A stretch of 64,000 nt of DNA from Macrostomum lignano (taxonomy: Eukaryota): contig NIVC01001917.1 of NCBI GenBank assembly GCA_002269645.1, positions 1-64,000 on the forward strand, read 5' to 3'. Positions 36,707 through 49,535 of this stretch are shown in pieces; within the stretch, counting starts at the first letter, position 1; each line of letters opens with the position of its first letter. The position numbers and the translations under genes were made by a program. Below the pieces are notes generated by a model, which had not been told where the DNA came from, did not search any database, and saw only the letters and a list, made by a program, of their open reading frames with translations.

Positions 36707-37655
36707 GCTGTTAGATATGCTGTCATCTAGACTGTTAGATATGCTGTCATCTAGACTGTTAGATATGCTGTCATCTAGACTGTTAGATATGCTGTCATCT
36801 AGACTGTTAGATATGCTATCATCTAGACTGTTAGATATGCTGTCATCTAGACTGTTAGATATGCTATCATCTAGACTGTTAGATATGCTATCATCTAGAC
36901 TGTTAGATATGCTGTCATCAAGACTGTTAGATATGCTATCATCTAGACTGTTAGATATGCTGTCATCTAGACTGTTAGATATGCTATCATCTAGACTGTT
37001 AAATATGCTGTCATCTAGACTGTTAGATATGCTATCATCTAGACTGTTAGATATGCTGTCATCTAGACTGTTAGATATGCTGTCATCTAGACTGTTAGAT
37101 ATGCTGTCATCTAGACTGTTAGATATGCTGTCATCTAGACTGTTAGATATGCTGTCATCTAGACTGTTAGATATGCTATCATCTAGACTGTTAGATATGC
37201 TGTCATCTAGACTGTTAGATATGCTGTCATCTAGACTGTTAGATATGCTGTCATCTAGACTGTTAGATATGCTATCATCTAGACTGTTAGATATGCTGTC
37301 ATCAAGACTGTTAGATATGCTGTCATCTAGACTGTTAGATATGCTGTCATCTAGACTGTTAGATATGCTGTCATCTAGACTGTTAGATATGCTGTCATCT
37401 AGACTGGCGTTCTGTTAGATATGCTGTCATCTAGACTGGCGTTCTGTTAGATATGCTGTCATCTAGACTGGAGTTCTGTTAGACATGCTGTCATCTAGAC
37501 TGGCGTGCTGTTAGATATGCTGTCATCTAGACTGGCGTTCTGTTAGATATGCTGTCATCTAGACTGGCGTTCTGTTAGACATGCTGTCATCTAGACTGGC
37601 GTGCTGTTCGATATGCTGTCATCTAGACTGGTGTGCTGTTAGATATGCTGTCATC
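36707..37655. repeat. 24-bp minisatellite (CTGTTAGATATGCTGTCATCTAGA) switching to a 32-bp variant near 37405
   Basis: About 29 units of 24 bp, then about 8 units carrying an added CTGGCGTT. Confidence 0.95.
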
Positions 37656-38989
37656 TAGTTTAACACACTACAGCCTGTTTGATCTTCTGTTAGATGTGTT
37701 AGATATGGTTTCATCACTCAATAGAATGGCACACAGTGTAGTTCACGAAGGTCCAGCAAGGCGCTGGTTACCATTGAGCATAGACTTAAAGTGTGCAAAT
37801 ATCTGTGCAATAGGTAAATGGAAAATCAAAATCTTTAGATGTTAATCTCTGTACGTCTCGCACGCGCCTAAGTCTCAGAGTTCGATTTCGCGTGCTGCCA
37901 AATCTTTTTGGAGGGCTCAGACACAGGGAGTGTACATGCCCGACGACTAGAAAGTCTGGGCCGCTGTACACCCTGTGTGAGGGTGCCTTGAGCAATGGCA
38001 CTCCTGAAAATTAACTAACACAATATCTTCTACAGTCCCGGATGCTGTTGACAGGGCGGGCTTGATAGCTACTCACCGGAAATTACACGGAAGTTGGCTG
38101 GTTGAACTGCTCAGACACGCTGCTCAGTCTGTTGTGGCTACTTTGGTAGGCTAGCTTTATGAGCCCGCGGTTTTGAAGCGGTTTCGGTCATACAGCTAGA
38201 AAACCAAAGACAGCCACACAGATTTTGAGTCGCCACCAGCTGGGCTTATTGCGTCTTGGACGAAGCTTGACCTCCTCCTGTTGGGTCTGCATGGCTGTAT
38301 TTATAATGCGAGGCCCGCCTCGCCGCGCAGATACAACTGCCTATGCCGAGAGATGCTGAGAAGGCACTGTATAGTTCCGAGTTTCCTGGAATGGAACTGC
38401 GCTTCAACTCTCTTTCCCACTCTCTCCTCTCTCGCTCTCCTGTCCCTCAATCTTGTAGCCCCTTTTGCCAGCCTGTGATTAAAGTGAAACGAGAGCCCCC
38501 GTCTCTGTTGCCCCCCTCCTCACCTCCAGTTTTCTCGCTCTTCTTTCAAATGCGCTGGTGGTGGAAGCCTGGTGTGGGAACTTTCTGGGACACAGGTCCC
38601 TGCCTGGCAGCAACTGTAGACTGTGCTGCTCGCCATCGGAGTTTGGCTACATTTTATTGTGGATGATTTTCATTTCTGGTTGGAGTCTCCCCCCCCCCCT
38701 CAGTTTCCTGTGTCTCTGTGCGTTTGGTGGTCGCGCTTGGTAAACTGTGCGTGACTCATTTATGACTCTTCGATTCTAACAAGTATTAACTTTTTAAAAT
38801 TTTCCAAAACTACTTTCAGTAACTGGCAGGAATACAAAGGGTATTTCTTGCGTTGAGGTTTAAATGAAATGACGATTTAGGAAGGACAAAAAAATCAAGC
38901 AATGTTTCTTTTCTTGCGAATCGCTTCAAGAAAGGCTCTGTTTGATTAATCAGATTTGCTTGATTCTACAGCATACTTTAAAAATTAGC

Positions 38990-40180
38990 GCCCGATTTCT
39001 CATGGCCTGTTGGTTGGCGCCCGATTTCTCATTTTCAGTTGACGCCCGATTTCTCATTTTCATTTGGCGCCCGATTTCTCATTTTCAGTTGACGCCCGAT
39101 TTCTCATTTTCAGTTGGCGCCCGATTTCTCATTGTCTGTTGGCGCCCGATTTCTCATTTTCAGTTGGCGCCCGATTTCTCATTTTCAGTTGGCGCCCGAT
39201 TTCTCATTTTCAGTTGGCGCCCGATTTCTCATTTTCAGTTGGCGCCCGATTTCTCATTTTCAGTTGGCGCCCGATTTCTCATTTTCAGTTGGCGCCCGAT
39301 TTCTCATTTTCAGTTGGCGCCCGATTTCTCATTTTCAGTTGGCGCCCGATTTCTCATTTTCAGTTGGCGCCCGATTTCTCATTTTCAGTTGGCGCCCGAT
39401 TTCTCATTGTCTGTTGGTGCCCGGTTTCTCATTGTCTGTAGGCGCCAGATTTTTCATTGTCTGTTGGTGCCCGGTTTCTCATGGCCTGTTGGTTGGCACC
39501 TGATTTCTCATTTTCATTTGGCGCCCGATTTCTCATTGTCTGTTGGCGCCCGATTTCTCATTGTCTGTTGGCGCCCGATTTCTCATTTTCAGTTGGCGCC
39601 CGATTTCTCATTTTCAGTTGGCGCCCGATTTCTCATTTTCAGTTGGCGCCCGATTTCTCATTTTCAGTTGGCGCCCGATTTCTCATTTTCAGTTGGCGCC
39701 CGATTTCTCATTTTCAGTTGGCGCCCGATTTCTCATTTTCAGTTGGCGCCCGATTTCTCATTTTCAGTTGGCGCCCGATTTCTCATTTTCAGTTGGCGCC
39801 CGATTTCTCATTGTCTGTTGGCGCTTGATTTCTCATTTTCAGTTGGCGCCCGATTTCTCATTTTCAGTTGGCGCCCGATTTCTCATTTTCAGTTGGCGCC
39901 CGATTTCTCATTTTCAGTTGGCGCCCGATTTCTCATTTTCAGTTGGCGCCCGATTTCTCATTGTCTGTTGGCGCTTGATTTCTCATTTTCAGTTGGCGCC
40001 CGATTTCTCATTGTCTGTTGGCGCCCGATTTCTCATTGTCTGTTGGTGCCCGATTTCTCATTGTCTGTTGGCGCCCGATTTTTCATTGTCTGTTGGCGCC
40101 CGATTTCTCATGGCCTGTTGGCGCCCGATCTCTCACTGTCTGTTGGCGCCCGATTTTTCATGGCCTCTTGGCACCCGATT
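38990..40180. repeat. 25-bp minisatellite (GGCGCCCGATTTCTCATTTTCAGTT, variant ...CATTGTCTGTT), about 47 copies
   Basis: Direct tandem periodicity with two interspersed variants. Confidence 0.95.
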
Positions 40181-40921
40181 TCCCTGGTGTTTGGCAGGCA
40201 TAAATCTCACCAAAGATTTGTTGTCACCCGTCAAAGCCAGCATAGTAGCCATAGAGAATACTTGCTAGGTGAAATCCGATATCAAAGAAATTCAGTTTTG
40301 ACGAATCGCATTTACCGAGTAAATTAATAGTCTATAATTAGCCTTAGTCTTAGGAACCCGAGTCAGGATCAGCCTTTAGAAAGCTGATGCTCCAATCCAG
40401 GTACTGTACTTGGTTGCATCACGGCGAATAAGGTGAAATATGCGATTTATTAACCAGAATGCAGACAGGCAGTGTAACTGAGCCCCACCATTCGAGCACG
40501 TACCCCCCCCCCAGCGCTTCCTTCACAATGTGGCCATTGCCCGCCCCCCAGCTATATGGGCATGCATGCATTCACTCGACTTAGTGCGCACGCACGTGTT
40601 CCAGATTCACCCTTGGCGAGTCTGCAGCATAATGAGACTCCCCCAGGCCGCACGTGCCACCCTCTATCTGCCTGTCTCTCCCTTGTCAATTGTCATCTCT
40701 CTGGCATTTCTGGGGTTCGGTGGGGTGAAGCACACACACACAGCCTGACTTCTTCATTGGCTTTAGCTGAGCTTATTATTGTTGGTTTAGGCGGGGGACC
40801 GCTGACTGCTCAGTTTCATTCCTAAGCGCTCCACTCGTGTGCTCATCTCACTATAGACTGTCCGCAAGACACGAGGCGGTCTCTCCTCGTGCCCTGACCT
40901 ATCGGCCATGATCGATGGAAA

Positions 40922-43900
40922 ATGGTGACGGGCACCACTGCTCAGACTGCCATCATCGTTGCTGCCGCGGCCGGCGCCTGCCTGCTGTTTGGCATCGGCC
41001 TGCTGCTGCTGCTGTGCCTGCTGTGCCCGCGCTGCCCGCTGCGGACCGCTGCGAGACGGCGGCGGCAGGGGAGCGGCTCTCGTGAGTGGCATTTGGGTGT
41101 GGGACTGGGTATGTAACTGGGTGTGGTAGCTCGTACTGGGTGTGGGACTGGGTGTGGGGCTGAGTGTGGGGACTGGGTGTGGGACTGGGTGTGGGGCTGA
41201 GTGTGGGGACTAGGTGTGGGGCTGGGTGTGGGACTGGGTGTGGGGCTGGGTGTGGGGCTGGGTGTAGGAATGGGTGTGGGACTGGGTGTGGGACTAGGTT
41301 TGAGATTAGTTTTGAGACTAGGTGTGGGGACAAGGTGTCGGACTAGGTGTGGGACTGGGTATGTGACTAGGTGTGGGACTGGGTATGTGACTAGGTGTGG
41401 GACTGGGTATGTGACTAGGTGTGGGACTGGGTATGTGACTAGGTGTGGGACTGCATGTGTGTGAGACTGGGTGTGGGACTGCATGTGTGTGAGACTGGGT
41501 GTGGGACTGCATGGGTGTGAGACTGGGTGGGACTGCATGTGTGTGAGACTGGGTGTGGGACTGCATAGGTATGTGACTAGATGTGAGACTGCATGGGTGT
41601 GAGACTGGGTGTGGGACTGGATATGTGACTAGGTGTGGGACTGCATGGGTGTGAGACGGGTGTGGGACTGCATGGGTGTGAGACGGGTGTGGGACTGGAT
41701 ATGTGACTAGGTGTGGGACTGCATGGGTGTGAGACTGGGTGTGGGACTGGATATGTGACTAGGTGTGGGACTGCATGGGTGTGAGACGGGTGTGGGACTG
41801 CATGGGTGTGAGACGGGTGTGGGACTGCATGGTGTGAGACTGGGTGGGACTGCATGGGTGTGAGACGGGTGTGGGACTGCATGGTGTGAGACTGGGTGTG
41901 GGACTGGATATGTGACTAGGTGTGAGACTGGGTGTGGGACTGGGTATGTGACTAGGTGTGGGACTGCTTGGGTGTGAGATTGGGAGTGGGACTGGACATA
42001 AGACTGGGTTTGAGACTAAGTGTGGGGCTAGATATGGGACTAGACGTGGGACTGGGTGTGGGAACTGGGTACGATACTGGGGTATGGGACTAATATGGGA
42101 CTGGGGATTAAAGCGTATACTTTGAACGGGAAGAAGAGTAAGAGAACAGTTGGGCAATAAGGGGAGTGATTTACAAGTATAATGTCAGTCAAGCGAGTAG
42201 ATGTAAATTGACAGCTCTACACGTTGATAAATTTCCTGCACTTCAGAGAAGTCCCAGATTCACGAAGGCCACCCAGCCTCATCTGGCTGCCCTCGTTGCT
42301 GCAGTTGCTGCTTTTTCTGCTTCACCAAAGAAGATGAAAAAGTGTACCCATCGACTGGCTTAGACAGGCGGCTCGATTTGGTGCGTCAAAGTTTGCTGCT
42401 GTGGAAACTGAACTAAAAATTCGAGTTGCATTCGTAGCACTCTACTATTTACTAGTCAGTAGTTACCCGTGAAAAAAGGCACATAAAACCTCGCGGCCAT
42501 TGAAGCAGATTTCGCAGCGCGCAGCCGAGCCCGCAGGCTTGGCCTATCGGCATCAGCAGCAGGCGAAGTCGCAGCTGGCACCGGCGCCGCCGGAGCCGCA
42601 GGAGCAGCGGCGCCTGCTTCTGGCCGCTCCGGCACCCGAGGTGACGCTGACTTTCTCTCTAACCCGCCTGTCCGACTGTCTTGCCGTGCACCTGCACAGC
42701 GCCGAGAGCACGCCGGGGCCCAGGCTGGGCCTGTGCCACTGCAACTTCGCCCAAGCCCAGCTGGTGACGTCATCAGCATCTGATTACGTCATCTTAGAGA
42801 CAGTGCGCACTGGTGTGGTCGGCCAGACCGCGTGCCCAGTGTTCAACGAAACTCTGGTGCTGCCGCTGGCGGAGCCCGAGCGGCTGATGCTGCTGCTGCG
42901 CTGCCTCGACTTCGACCGTTTCAGTAGGGAGAGAATCGTCGGCGAGGCGCTGCTGCAGCTCCCGGCAGACATTGGCCGGCCCGTGCAGTACGACAGGCTA
43001 CCACTGCGGCTGCCGCAGGTGGGCCTGCGATGATAGAGAGGGGAATGGGGAAGGGAGTAAGGTGAATATTGAGGAAAAGAGAGAGGGGAACGAGGCCGAG
43101 GATTTAGGTTGTAGGGATGGAATAGCTAAAAATTTTGGTAATCGAATTCGAGAAAGAAATGAGCAGACTCTGGCGTAAACTGAGCACGCAAAAAAATTTC
43201 AGACGGGATCTTGCGAGCTCCTCGTGGCCCTGCACTATGTGCCATCGGCGGAGAGGCTGAGCGTCATGGTGCTCAAAGCCAACGACATTCGAACAGATGA
43301 CGGGAGTGTGCCCGGTGAGTTAACCTCCACTTTCTCTTCACATCACTCCCTGCATCACTCCCTGCATCACTCCCTGCATCACTCCCTGCATCACTCTCTA
43401 CATCACTCTCTACATCACTCTCTACATCACTCTCTACATCACTCCCTGCATCACTCCCTGCATCACTCCCTGCATCACTCCCTGCATCACTCTCTACATC
43501 ACTCTCTACATCACTCTCTACATCACTCCCTACACCACTCCCTACACCACTCCCTGCATCACTCCCTGCATCACTCCCTGCATCACTCTCTACATCACTC
43601 TCTACATCACTCTCTACATCACTCCCTACACCACTCCCTGCATCACTCCCTGCATCAATCTCTGCATCACTCCCTGTATCAATCCCTACATCACTCCCTG
43701 CATCACCCCCTGCATCACTCCCTGCATCACTCTATGCATCACTCCCTGCATCACTCCCTGCATCATTCTCTACATCACTCCCTACACCATTCCCTGCATC
43801 ACTCTCTACATGACTCCTTGCATCACTCCCTACATCACCCCCTACATCACTCCCTGCATCACCCGCAGCCACCTACCTTCGCCTTGCGCTGCTAGCAGGC

Positions 43901-44188
43901 GGCTCGGCCGCATTTAAAAAGCGCAGCCGCATCTTCGAGCCGTCGCAGCGCCCGGTGTACAACGAGTCGGTCGGCATTGATCTGCCCGAACGCCGGCTGG
44001 ACCGAGTCAGCCTCATCGTGTCCGTCATGAGCTGCCGGCTTAATCAGCGCCGAGTTCAGCCGGATTTGGACGCCTGCCTGGGCTATGTGGTCTTCTCCTC
44101 TAACTGCTATGGCAGCGGCCGGGCCCACTGGGACCAGATGGTGCACCGGCCGAGAGCGGCGCTGGCTTACTGGCACCGGTTGAGCTGA
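40922..44188 (+). CDS. Synaptotagmin-like protein: N-terminal TM helix plus two C2 domains (exons 40922-41081, 42247-42380, 42518-43018, 43203-43314, 43869-44188)
   Basis: TM segment [26 protein letters not shown]; Cys-rich linker; C2A ...CPVFNETL...[17 protein letters not shown]; C2[24 protein letters not shown]...TYLRLAL...KKRSR...PVYNES...HWDQMV.RPR..LAYWHRL. Phases 1, 0, 0, 1 are consistent. The start codon and exon 2 are less certain, and the specific paralog is not assignable. Confidence 0.85.
41090..42110. repeat. GT-rich degenerate minisatellite (GGTGTGGGACTG core) in synaptotagmin intron 1
   Basis: Dozens of GGGTGTGGGACT / GTGAGACT / ATGTGACTA modules. Confidence 0.9.
43340..43862. 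repeat. 12-bp minisatellite (CATCACTCCCTG) filling synaptotagmin intron 4
   Basis: About 43 units between donor 43315 and acceptor 43868. Confidence 0.93.
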
Positions 44189-44427
44189 CATTGTTTAGTT
44201 TCTTACAGGCTCTGAGAGAAACGATGTATGAATAGTCAATGCTATAGAATGCTTTTTTAATTCTCAGTGTATAATATTTCAAAGCATTTTCTCGCTTATT
44301 GTCGGCCCATACCTGTGGCCAAATTAATTCTAATCTTGCTGATTGTTCGGTAGCTAATGAGTACCTTTGAATTCCAAAATTTTTTAGTGCAGCTTTGTAC
44401 TCTGTGTCTGGCTGGGTACACGCCGAC

Positions 44428-44584
44428 TCTCCCAGCCCGCCACCCCATCTCCCAGACCGCCACCTAATCTCCCAGCCCGCCACCCCATCTCCCAGCCCGC
44501 CAACCCATCTCCCAGCCCGCCACCCCATCTCCCAGACCGCCACCCCATCTCCCAGACCGCCACCCCATCTCCCAGCCCGCCACC
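44428..44584. repeat. 20-bp minisatellite (CCCAGCCCGCCACCCCATCT), about 8 copies
   Basis: Period 20, read directly. Confidence 0.9.
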
Positions 44585-45239
44585 ATGCAAATATTCGCTC
44601 ACATATCTGCTAAAATTTCCGTTTATAGATTACTGCTATCTGATTTTTTCCTGTTTCACAGAAATTCCGAACTTTGCTATAACTATTTTTGTAGAATGGC
44701 ACATTTCCTGTTATTTTTGATTGGCATTCGCCGCTATCGCTTAGGAACTGGTTAAAGCAATTCTCAGAATGAAGCGATTGATGATGGCTCTTCCAGGTAT
44801 ATTTAATCGAGTTTATAATTGTAAGTCACGGGATAGTCACGTGACACCAGAGCTGCTTTAAAATACACGATAAGCAAGAATATAATTTTAACTTAGAAAT
44901 TGTATCGCAGTAGTACTACTATACAATTTGAGTTAGCTAGTCCTAATTCTTTTGATCACATGCTACCTACACTACTAAAAAACTACTAAGTAGTCAGTTA
45001 AGAATTTGCAGAAAAGCTATATTAAATATTGAAAAACATTTTATTTCATGGCGTGGCAATAACTACTTTGATTACATGCTATCTACACTACTAAATTAAA
45101 AAATTTCTAAGTAGTCAATAGAAGATTGTCACTAGAATAATTAGAGCTGTCTGCATAGCCCTGATGGACATTAGTTAAAAGCGACAAACGACAATGTTCG
45201 GGTGTAACAAACCCAGTTAAAAGCAATTAGCAGATTAGC

Positions 45240-48200
45240 TCAGCCACAAATGTTTCTACTCCTGATGAAGGCGGCCAGAATCCGCAGCATTCGCCCTTCG
45301 AACTGAGCAATCAGGCTGTGATCCAGCTGCACCTGGTCCTGCTTGAACCTGTCCAGCAGGGTGACTGCCATGCAGGCGGCTGCGGGCGTTTTTTGTAAGG
45401 ATTTTGAGGTTAATTTTTAAAAATCTCTAGAATAGTGTATTCTCTGTATATTCTAGCTCGTATGTATATTTTATGTAATATTCTCTATATATATTCCATT
45501 ACCATCTCCATGTATACTCTGTCTCCTTGTGTATTCCTTGAGGGTCGCCATCACATGCTCGAAAATTCACAAACTCGAAAAGTCACATCGCCGAAAACTC
45601 ATTTAGCAGCCGAACCCTAACCCTAACCCTAACCCTAACCCTAACCCTAACCCTAACAAACCATAGTAGTGGAAGTTTACTTTTTTATATCATTATAAAA
45701 ATGCCTGGAAAAAAAGTTTTCGACGATGTGATTTTTTCGAGCTTGTGATGCAACTCCTACCATGGGTTCCATGAATGCTCTTTGTAGACTGCATTCGATC
45801 TGTACGACAGTTCCCATTGTCGAAAAATCGAGAATATTTTGCTAATTTCGAAACCCTGTAAGATAACTGCAATTAAAATTTCTGAAAATTCATTTGAATT
45901 TCAGATGAGAAAGTTAAAAAAATTCAACTATCAAAACTTTCCGACCTCTTAAGAAATGCCATATGCTCAAATATGAGTGCATTAATATTAATAGCTAGTT
46001 GCTATAGATTTAATTGAAGTCGGACTTGTCACTGATGGATTTCGCCTACATTAATAAAATTCGCCTACATAGACCATTAATTTAGTAGTCCGTGACAATC
46101 TGCCCTCTCACCACGGATGCCCAGCCGGTGCGTGATGGCCGCCAGCGCCAGCGACTCCATCTCGATGTTGCGAACCCCGGCTTCGAATGCTCGCTGCAGA
46201 AATTCGTTCCGCTGCTCCATGCTGAACTCGCAGATGGCGCCGTCTGTGCGACCCTGCTCTGCAGGTGCGGGAGCGGCAACGAGGCTCACATTGAGGCCTT
46301 GGGTCTGGCGGGCACATGACAGATGTAGGGGTGGGGGCTAAGTGGGCTGTAGTCTTCCCCGCACTTAGCTCTGGAGTCGGCAACTCTTTTACATCAAAGC
46401 CAGATAAAGAATCCAGCTAATGACTGCAGGCCAGATGAGAGTGGAAAGGAGAGAGAATAGAAGATGAGAGATGAGAGAAGAGACAGGCGAGACTCGGGAC
46501 AAGAAAATAGGAGAGAATAGGGGAGAGGAAGAGGGAAGAGAGGAGAGAGAAGAAGGAGAGAAGGGGAGAGAGAAGAGACGGGAGGGAAGAGGGGGAGAGA
46601 AGAGAGCTGAGAAAAGAAATAAACCTTGTGCAGGCCAGATTGCTATTTTATAGATTCAAAGGACCCGAGGGCCGGAGAGAGAGGCCTCGCGAGCGGCATT
46701 TCTGCCGACACCTGGCTTAGATTCCCCTTAGCCGCTCCCCTCTCCATGACGCAGTCAATAGTTTACCACCCGCTACTTTGATATCTTACTCTAAATGGCC
46801 ACTGAGTGAGCACACTACCAAATAATCTGAGCAAATGGTCCCTGAGGTAAACAATCAGCCATTCATTCGTTACCTTCGTAGAAGTCGCTGGTGCACAGAG
46901 TGACGGCAGAGACGGCCTCGATGTTGAGGCCGCTGGCTAGTTGCAGCAGCTCCCGAGCCAAGTCCGGGTCGAACACGGCCTCCCGCTGTACCGGCTGGCC
47001 GAGGATGAACTGCAGGGAGCGGCGGAGTCAGCCCTGGTTTTTTAAGCTTTTGTCAAATTCTATTGGGAAAATGGTTTGGCCTTTTTCGGCATAACTACAT
47101 GTAATATCCCTATTTCACTCTATTGACACAGACGCTGCAGTTAGAGGCACCATTGCGGTCCAATATTATTCTGAATTCCTAATTTAAAAAGTTTGAAATT
47201 CAAATATTACACCGGCCAAAATTGTTTGCAAAAGAAAAGCGCAACCGCACCTGCGACAGGTGCGACTGCAGCTGGCTGTTCAGAGAGCGACTGGAGATGC
47301 ACACGGTGCCCGGCTCAAGGCCTAGGCCGCCGCAGGTGCCCAGGCGGATGAAGGTGACTCCAGTTGCGCCGGCCAGGCTCATGAGCTTCGCCAGCTCGTG
47401 CAGCAGAATCGAGATAGACGGGATGCCCATGCCGTGCTGCGGGCGCGGGCGGGGAGGCTCTGCGGCAAGCAGATCAACTCAAACAGCTCAAGCAGCTCAG
47501 CATCGTCAGGGACTTACATTCACGCAGACGATCGGGCCAGCCTTGTACATCACGTATCGGTCAGTGTTCGGGATGACGTTCACCAGGCCCTGGCCTGTAG
47601 GCAGGCGGATGCCCAGCTCAGCAACCAGGTCCTCGGCCAGCCGCTTCATCCTGTTCGAGCTGCCGCCCATGCAGACCACCTGCGGAGTTGCGTTAGGAGA
47701 GCTCGGTTTATAGCTATTATTTAGTATTATTTATTTGATGTAGGCTCGTGATCCCTGTGATCCCTTTGCTCCATGAACGACGACTCCTGCTTATCACCTT
47801 CCCCCACTCTTCCATGCACCAACCCCACCTTTCTTTTGTTCGAAATCATTCATGCGTGTGACAGTTTTATGACTCCCCCCCCTATCTCCCCAAGCGTTTT
47901 CCCGCCTGTTATGTAATCCCCCATCATAAATCATTTTTCCCTGCACTGGCGCCCCACCCCAATTTCTTGTCCAATGACAGGGTGGCTGGCGGGTGACGTC
48001 ATTGGGGTTGCTTGCATGGTAACGGAGGTCAAGGACAGGTCACGGTCTTCAATATCACGCATCACGCTCACCAGGGCTATAAATAAGAGCCTGTTTTGAG
48101 CTCTGAGCAGCAGCTTGTTAATTGGCTTCCGGTTGTTTCTACCTGTTGGTTTTTCCCGCGAGATCGAAACGGCGATCTCCCTCAGTACCCGAACCGGCGA

Positions 48201-49535
48201 TCTCCCTCAAGTACCAAGTTAATTTCCCCTGAACATTCTGTTTGCTCCTAGATCCTCAGGAACTTCCCAATAGAAATCCGCTTACTATCTCCCCCTTCCC
48301 AATCTTTTTGCGACCTCTCCTAACGACACCCCTGCAATCCGAGACTTCTGGTCAGCACGTTGAGTCACTTGGATTCATCCATGACTGCAGCCGCCACCAT
48401 GACCATCCGAAAACCACCACGCCAAGCAGCCCTCAGCCGTGTCTGTTAAGGTATTTTCCTCCTTTGCGCTGTCCAATGGTATTGTCAGCCAGGTCTCCAC
48501 CCCTATTGCTTTAATTCCGGGCCAGAAAGTCCAGGGCATTAGCCATTCAAATCTTTGTCTGCTTCTGCCTATTTTCTCATTTACCGTGAATCGTGGCATG
48601 AGATGTGAGTAGTGAGTGCGCCTGTTGCAGGGCATGGAATAGAAGCTGAGGATCAGAGTGCGGAATCCCTTAGTATGAGCCAAATCCAACCAAAAATGAT
48701 AGCAGTAACAGTATGTCCAAGTAAGTCCCACCGGGCTCTGGCGCTGAAAGGTACAGGTCCCCTGGACTTTGTCCGCCTCTGGATGATGCGGTAGCTGACA
48801 TTGTTTGAAAGTACACGGCCTCCACTAGTCACCTGTGCAGAAGCACACCCGGTGAAAACTCCCACTAACGAGACGGGACTCCTGGTCTGTAGCAGACGAA
48901 GGTTTTCGACCCCAACTGTGTTAGAAATGGCCGATTAAAAGACTCTATGCGAGGCATACAAGGACAGTCAGTGCTGGAATCGAGAACTTTTGCATAGGGT
49001 TTGCACAGGTATTCTTATGCAGCCCAGATTACGTCACATTTCTTAAATGGGCACCATAGATATCAACAATCTTGACATGTCATGATAGAATTTAACTGAC
49101 AATCGCTGACTCACTGACCATGTACAACTGAAGTAGAAGGACGCTGCACTTGAGTCTCTTAGAGATGAGCTGGAGGCCGGTGAGGAACGCGTATTTGTCG
49201 TATCACCAGGGCATCCAGTGTGCTTTTGATCGAATTTGGCGATACGACAAATGTCCATTCCTTACCGACCTCCAACTAATAGATTTCTAAGAAAATTGAG
49301 ATGTTATTGATCATGAGAGTCTAAGACTAGATGACTCATGACTCATATAACAGTTGATATTTTTGATTTTTGAAATTATTATTACACTGCTGCCTACTTT
49401 TGTATCACCGAACATGGCCTTGAAGTCGTGCTTTCTGCTGTCCAGCCCGATGTGGTACAGCACGTCGTGTCTGTCGTCCTGAAGGTGAGGATTCGCCAGT
49501 CGCACCTGAGCAGCCTGATCCCGTGTGGAGGCCAT
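45240..49535 (-). CDS. UPP1: Uridine phosphorylase, copy 1, intact, 302 aa (exons 49535-49398, 47679-47518, 47436-47251, 47009-46874, 46258-46112, 45379-45240)
   Basis: Motifs N.HL....DVLYHIGL, FGD.K.VCMGGS..RM, HGMGIPSISILLHE, FIRLGTCGGLG.EPGT, DFYEEQGRTDGA.C, GVRNIEMES and VTLLDR...DQ. Exons sum to 909 nt with consistent phases. UPP1 versus UPP2 orthology is not resolvable. Confidence 0.95.
45550..45750. mobile_element. Small foldback/MITE-like element with internal (CCCTAA)7, in intron 5 of UPP copy 1
   Basis: Arm TCACAAACTCGAAAAGTCACATCGCCGAAAACT (45567-45599) is an imperfect inverted match to 45715-45748. The arms are built of ~16-17-bp TCACA..CGAAAA subrepeats. (CCCTAA)7 lies at 45615-45656. 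No TSD was identified. Confidence 0.65.
46385..46620 (-). repeat. Second, inverted copy of the CT/GA-tract dispersed repeat
   Basis: The reverse complement of about 46390-46460 matches 13522-13596 (CCACTCTCATCTGGCCTGCAG.CAT.AGCTGGATTCTTTATCTGG), and is followed by a GA-rich tract. Confidence 0.75.
47756..49038. mobile_element. Probable insertion in intron 1 of UPP copy 1, possibly a solo LTR
   Basis: This intron is 1718 bp versus 102 bp in copy 2. The segment is bounded by TGTGA...TCACA and contains a TATA-like CTATAAATAAG near 48077. No TSD and no coding similarity were found. Confidence 0.35.

Noticed and set aside
36702-37418. 238-aa (LLDMLSSR)n ORF
   Set aside because: A 24-bp unit without a stop in one frame, a non-ATG start, and no flanking coding context.
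38942-40327. 461-aa ORF
   Set aside because: It lies in the 25-bp minisatellite and the peptide cycles with the repeat phase.
43224-43895. His-rich (HHSL)n metal-binding protein
   Set aside because: It is read-through of a synaptotagmin exon past a canonical GTGAGT donor (43315) into an intronic 12-bp repeat. Splicing to 43869 restores the C2B domain.
16211-45656. TTAGGG tracts on + and a CCCTAA tract further right as a telomere-telomere fusion scar
   Set aside because: The tracts are short, more than 23 kb apart, separated by intact genes, and each is embedded in its own repeat element.
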